In this document: piece after piece, positions 60,254 through 64,000 of the stretch | How the letters are laid out: every line of letters starts with the position of its first letter | Numbering within the stretch: position 1 is the stretch's first letter | Source of the DNA: Actinomycetota bacterium | GTDB taxonomy: Bacteria; Actinomycetota; Actinomycetes; S36-B12 | Assembly: GCA_017856385.1 (NCBI GenBank) | Contig: JAFMFD010000004.1 | Span: 2,828 to 66,827, forward strand | DNA: 64,000 nucleotides | Reading direction: 5' to 3' | The notes under the pieces: model-generated | The model's database searches: none | The model's input: the letters and a program-made list of their open reading frames with translations, nothing else | Told to the model about the DNA's origin: nothing | Translations under genes and position numbers: made by a program

Positions 60254-61120
60254 GACCCGCCCGCGCCGAGGCGTGATGGCGGTGGGCCACTCCGCGCGGG
60301 GCGGCAGGGGCGGGAGCTCACCACCCTGCGCCGGGCACAGCCGCCGGTGGCTGCACCAGTCGCACAGCCGCGAGGGCGAGGGATCGAAGCGTCCGGCGTC
60401 CGCCGCGCGTGCGATCGCGTCACGCACCGCGAGGATCCGGCGCTCCGTCGCCTGGAGCCCCTCGAGGTCGGGCTCGTACCGAAGGCTGCGCGCATCGGCG
60501 AGGTACATCAGCTGCAGCATCCGCGGGACCTCGCCCGTCATGCGCCACCACGCGAGCGCGTAGAAGCGCATCTGGAACATGGCGCTGCCCGAGTGCGCCT
60601 CCGACGGCGCCCTGCCCGTCTTGTAGTCGACGATGCGCACGAGGCCGTCGGGACTGACGTCGACACGATCGATGAATCCCCGCACCTCGAAGGCCGGCTC
60701 GAGCAGCGCCGACACCGCGACCTCGCGTGCGTGCGGCTCAAGGCGACGGGGGTCCTCCAGCCGGAAGTAGCCGGTGATCAGGTGGTCGACCTCGAGCTCC
60801 GCGGGTGCACCCGCGGAGGGTCGCAGCACATCGGCCTCGGCGGGCGACACCTCCTCGAGCTCGGTCAGCGCCCGCTGGACGAGCGTGCGCGCGGCCTCGT
60901 GGTCACGCTGCGTCGCCGGCAGATCGAAGAGCCACTCCAGTGCGCGGTGGACCACGGTCCCGCGAACGGCTGCAGGCGACGGCTCCTCCGGGAGCCGGTC
61001 GATCGAGCGGAACCGGAACAGCAGCGGACAGGTCGTGAAGTCGGATGCACGAGAGGGGGACAGTGAGGTCGGGAAGGCATCAGCGGTCGGGAGGGCTTCG
61101 GCGGTCACGACGTCAGGCAT
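60242..61120 (-). CDS. RecB-family PD-(D/E)XK nuclease with C-terminal Cys cluster
   Basis: ORF trimmed to ATG 61120. Motifs SPSRASDFTTCPLLFRF, GFIDRVD, IVDYKTG, QMRFYAL and CDWCSHRRLC. Confidence 0.7.
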   Translation of the reverse strand: MPDVVTAEALPTADAFPTSLSPSRASDFTTCPLLFRFRSIDRLPEEPSPAAVRGTVVHRALEWLFDLPATQRDHEAARTLVQRALTELEEVSPAEADVLRPSAGAPAELEVDHLITGYFRLEDPRRLEPHAREVAVSALLEPAFEVRGFIDRVDVSPDGLVRIVDYKTGRAPSEAHSGSAMFQMRFYALAWWRMTGEVPRMLQLMYLADARSLRYEPDLEGLQATERRILAVRDAIARAADAGRFDPSPSRLCDWCSHRRLCPAQGGELPPLPPRAEWPTAITPRRGRVSPA

Positions 61121-61160
61121 CGCGCGCGAGCCTAGTACCGTTCCGCCCGTGCAGTCGTCG

Positions 61161-62105
61161 ATGGCGCGTTCGCGACGACGCGGACCTTTTAACGAGGGAG
61201 ACCTCGTCCAGCTCACCGATCCGCGTGGTCGGATGCACACGATCACGCTTCAGGCAGGAGCCTCGTACCACACCCACCGCGGCTCGCTGCCGCATGACGA
61301 CATCCTCGGCCGGCCCGAGGGGGTCGTGGTGACCTCCAGCAACGGAACAGCATTCCTCGCGCTGCGTCCCATCCTCGACGACTTCGTCCTGTCGATGCCC
61401 CGTGGTGCGCAGGTCATCTACCCCAAGGACGCTGCGCGGATCGTGGGCCTCACCGGCCTCGGCCCGGGGGCCCGGGTCGCCGAGGCGGGAGTCGGCTCGG
61501 GCGCACTCACCTGCTCCCTGCTCAAGGCCGTGGGCGACGACGGCGAGGTACACAGCTACGAGCGCCGGACGGAGTTCGCCGCTGTGGCCGAGGCCAACGT
61601 CGAGCGCTGGTTCGGCTTCCGGCCGTCGTGCTGGAGCCTGCACCTCGGCGACATGGCGCACGACCTCGCGGAGCGCGATCTCGACGCGGTGGTGCTCGAC
61701 ATGCTCGCCCCATGGGAGTGCCTCGACTCCGTGGCCGCCGCGCTGGCACCCGGAGGCGTGCTCGTCGGATACGTGGCCACGACGACGCAGCTGTCACGGC
61801 TCGTCGAGTCGATGCGCGTGACGGGGGACTGGACAGAGCCTCGTGCGGAGGAGTCGCTGCTGCGCACCTGGCACCTCGAGGGGCTCTCGGTGCGTCCTGA
61901 CCATCGGATGAACGGACATACGGCGTTCCTCGTCACCGCGCGGCGACTCGCACCCGGGACGGTGCTGCCGCCGCGGCGCCGGCGGCCCGCACCCGGGGCC
62001 TACGGCGAGGACTACTCCGGACCCGGGGGCCCGCAGGGGATGGCGCAGGACCCTGCCGGGACACCCGACGCCACGGACGCCGTCTCGGACGGCTTGGACG
62101 GGTAG
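61161..62105 (+). CDS. trmI: tRNA (adenine-N1)-methyltransferase
   Basis: ORF trimmed to ATG 61161. Motifs GPFNEGDLVQLTD, MPRGAQVIYPKDAA, EAGVGSGALT, VLDMLAPWE and GHTAFLVTARR. Confidence 0.85.
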   Translation: MARSRRRGPFNEGDLVQLTDPRGRMHTITLQAGASYHTHRGSLPHDDILGRPEGVVVTSSNGTAFLALRPILDDFVLSMPRGAQVIYPKDAARIVGLTGLGPGARVAEAGVGSGALTCSLLKAVGDDGEVHSYERRTEFAAVAEANVERWFGFRPSCWSLHLGDMAHDLAERDLDAVVLDMLAPWECLDSVAAALAPGGVLVGYVATTTQLSRLVESMRVTGDWTEPRAEESLLRTWHLEGLSVRPDHRMNGHTAFLVTARRLAPGTVLPPRRRRPAPGAYGEDYSGPGGPQGMAQDPAGTPDATDAVSDGLDG

Positions 62106-62168
62106 CTCGCCCACCTCGGGGTTACAGTGGCAGCCCGGCCCTCCGCCGGGACCTCGAGAGGAGCCGGG

Positions 62169-63827
62169 ATGACTGCCGAGCCGGGGTGGGCCGCACGGGT
62201 CCACGACCTCGAGACGGCCCTCACCGAGATCCGCGGAGAGCTCGCGGCCCAGAGGGACCACAACGCCCGGCTGATCCGCACCCTGCGCGACGCGCGCGAC
62301 CAGATCGTCACGCTCAAGGAGGAGGTCGACCGACTCGGCCAGCCACCGAGCTCGTTTGGGACCCTGCTCAGCATGGACGACGACGGCCGCGCGACCATCA
62401 CAGCGTCGGGCCGCAAGCTCAGGGTGGCGGTCAGCCCAGCCGTCGACGCCGCCGACCTGCGTCCGGGTCGCGAGCTCGTCCTGAACGAGTCCATGACGGT
62501 CATCGAGGCGCTGGCGTTCGAGGACGTGGGCGAGCTGGTGATCTTCAAGGAGCTGCTCGAGGACGGTCTGCGGGCCGTCGTCGTCGGGCACACCGACGAG
62601 GAGCGGGTCGTGCGCGTGGCCGATCCGCTGAAGTCGATCCGCCTGCGCGCGGGCGACTCCCTGCTGTGCGACGTGCGGACCGGCGTGGTCTACGAGCGAA
62701 TCCCCAAGTCGGAAGTCGAGGAGCTCGTCCTCGAGGAGGTCCCCGACATCAGCTACGAGGACATCGGGGGACTCGGCGACCAGATCGAGGCCATCTGCGA
62801 TGCGGTCGAACTGCCGTTCCTCCACCCGGACCTCTTCACCGAGCATGCGCTCAAGCCGCCCAAGGGGATCCTTCTCTACGGCCCGCCGGGCTGCGGGAAG
62901 ACGCTGATCGCCAAGGCGGTGGCCAACTCGCTGGCCCGCAAGGTCGCCGAGCGGACCGGGGTCTCGGCGCGCTCCTACTTCCTGAACATCAAGGGGCCCG
63001 AGCTGCTCAACAAGTACGTGGGGGAGACCGAGCGCCACATCCGCCTGGTGTTCCAGCGTGCGCGCGAGAAGGCCTCCGAGGGTCTGCCGGTCATCGTGTT
63101 CTTCGACGAGATGGACTCTCTCTTCCGCACGCGTGGCTCCGGGGTGTCGAGCGACGTCGAGAACACGATCGTCCCGCAGCTGCTCAGCGAGATCGACGGC
63201 GTCGAGCGGCTGGAGAACGTCATCGTGATCGGCGCGTCCAACCGCGAGGACATGATCGACCCGGCGATCCTGCGCCCGGGTCGCCTGGACGTAAAGATCA
63301 AGATCGAGCGGCCCGACGCGGAGTCCGCACAGGACATCTTCAGCAAGTACCTCGTGCCCTCCCTCCCGCTGCACCCGGACGACCTGGCGGAGCACGGTGG
63401 CGATCCACAGCTCGCCTGCCGCGCGATGATCGAGCGGGCCGTCGAGACCATGTACGCGGAGTCCGACGAGAACATGTTCCTCGAGGTGACGTACGCCAAC
63501 GGCGACAAGGAGACCCTGTACTTCAAGGACTTCAACTCCGGCGCCATGATCGAGAACATCGTTGCGCGAGCGAAGAAGTCCGCGATCAAGGACTTCCTCG
63601 ACACGGGCGAGAAGGGCATCAGGGTTCAGCATGTGCTGGCCGCATGCCTCGACGAGTTCCGTGAGAACGAGGACCTGCCCAACACCACAAATCCCGACGA
63701 CTGGGCACGCATCTCCGGCAAGAAGGGCGAGCGCATCGTCTTCATCCGCACCCTCATCCAGGGCAAGAAGGGCTCGGAGCCGGGACGGTCCATCGAGAAC
63801 GTGGCGAACACGGGGCAGTACCTGTAG
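62169..63827 (+). CDS. arc: proteasome-associated AAA ATPase (ARC/Mpa)
   Basis: Coiled-coil N-terminus ...[19 protein letters not shown]. Walker A GPPGCGKT. Walker [11 protein letters not shown]-terminal ...TGQYL. GTG 62127 is an alternative start. Confidence 0.9.
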   Translation: MTAEPGWAARVHDLETALTEIRGELAAQRDHNARLIRTLRDARDQIVTLKEEVDRLGQPPSSFGTLLSMDDDGRATITASGRKLRVAVSPAVDAADLRPGRELVLNESMTVIEALAFEDVGELVIFKELLEDGLRAVVVGHTDEERVVRVADPLKSIRLRAGDSLLCDVRTGVVYERIPKSEVEELVLEEVPDISYEDIGGLGDQIEAICDAVELPFLHPDLFTEHALKPPKGILLYGPPGCGKTLIAKAVANSLARKVAERTGVSARSYFLNIKGPELLNKYVGETERHIRLVFQRAREKASEGLPVIVFFDEMDSLFRTRGSGVSSDVENTIVPQLLSEIDGVERLENVIVIGASNREDMIDPAILRPGRLDVKIKIERPDAESAQDIFSKYLVPSLPLHPDDLAEHGGDPQLACRAMIERAVETMYAESDENMFLEVTYANGDKETLYFKDFNSGAMIENIVARAKKSAIKDFLDTGEKGIRVQHVLAACLDEFRENEDLPNTTNPDDWARISGKKGERIVFIRTLIQGKKGSEPGRSIENVANTGQYL

Positions 63828-64000
63828 ATGTCCGTCCACCGGGTCATGGGGATCGAGACCGAGTACGGCATCGCGGTCCCCGGCTACCCGACCCTCAACC
63901 CCACGGTGTCCAGCGCGCAGATCGTCACGGCCTATGGGCAGCATGTCTCGCCCGGCGGGGATCGGACGGGACGGTGGGACTACGAGCTGGAGTCACCGCT
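63828..64000 (+). CDS. dop: Pup deamidase/depupylase (Dop/PafA family), N-terminal fragment running off the right edge
   Basis: Own translation from ATG 63828, immediately after the arc TAG: MSVHRVMGIETEYGIAVPGYPTLNPTVSSAQIVTAYGQHVSPGGDRTGRWDYELESP. The GIETEYGI and RWDYE.ESP motifs favour Dop over PafA. Confidence 0.7.
   Translation, partial: MSVHRVMGIETEYGIAVPGYPTLNPTVSSAQIVTAYGQHVSPGGDRTGRWDYELESP

Overview
High-GC actinobacterial chromosomal segment, densely coding on both strands. I support about 63 protein genes and one tRNA-Leu(GAG). I recognised no rRNA, CRISPR array, transposase or integrase. From about 10.5 kb to 64 kb the content is conserved actinobacterial housekeeping, with gene order that I recall from mycobacterial and other Actinomycetota genomes: parC, a sepH-like gene, an IMPase-family gene, the dut block with its DUF neighbours, trkA x2 with an APC permease, acn, dxs, fadA/fadB, rnd, msrB, gluQ-like, uppP, corA, the mshC neighbourhood, gnd, pgi, metH, trmI, and arc/mpa followed by the start of dop. 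Mycothiol, Pup-proteasome and F420-type (LLM) genes support the phylum assignment. The left 10.5 kb is different and is the most interesting part. Divergent from a truncated IclR-family regulator lies a tightly coupled nine-gene + strand cluster. It encodes two tandem extradiol ring-cleavage dioxygenases, a histidine phosphatase with an unusual N-terminal extension, and a split PEP-synthase/phenylphosphate-synthase-like kinase (an ATP-grasp subunit plus a swivel-His subunit). It also encodes a phthalate-family Rieske oxygenase, an 85-aa four-Cys protein, a HAD hydrolase and an FprA-type flavoprotein reductase. No lower meta-cleavage pathway, no aryl-phosphate carboxylase and no canonical Rieske reductase is present. 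I know of no characterised pathway with this combination. My hypothesis is a phosphoryl-transfer-assisted aerobic aromatic pathway. Smaller observations include candidate operators (IclR region, acn, fadA), a 16-bp-stem hairpin that splits the cluster, a duplicated 21-nt element next to the tRNA, an N-terminally short SepH-like protein, and the uncharacterised three-gene cassette next to mshC. All family calls come from reading the translated ORFs from memory. No searches were run.
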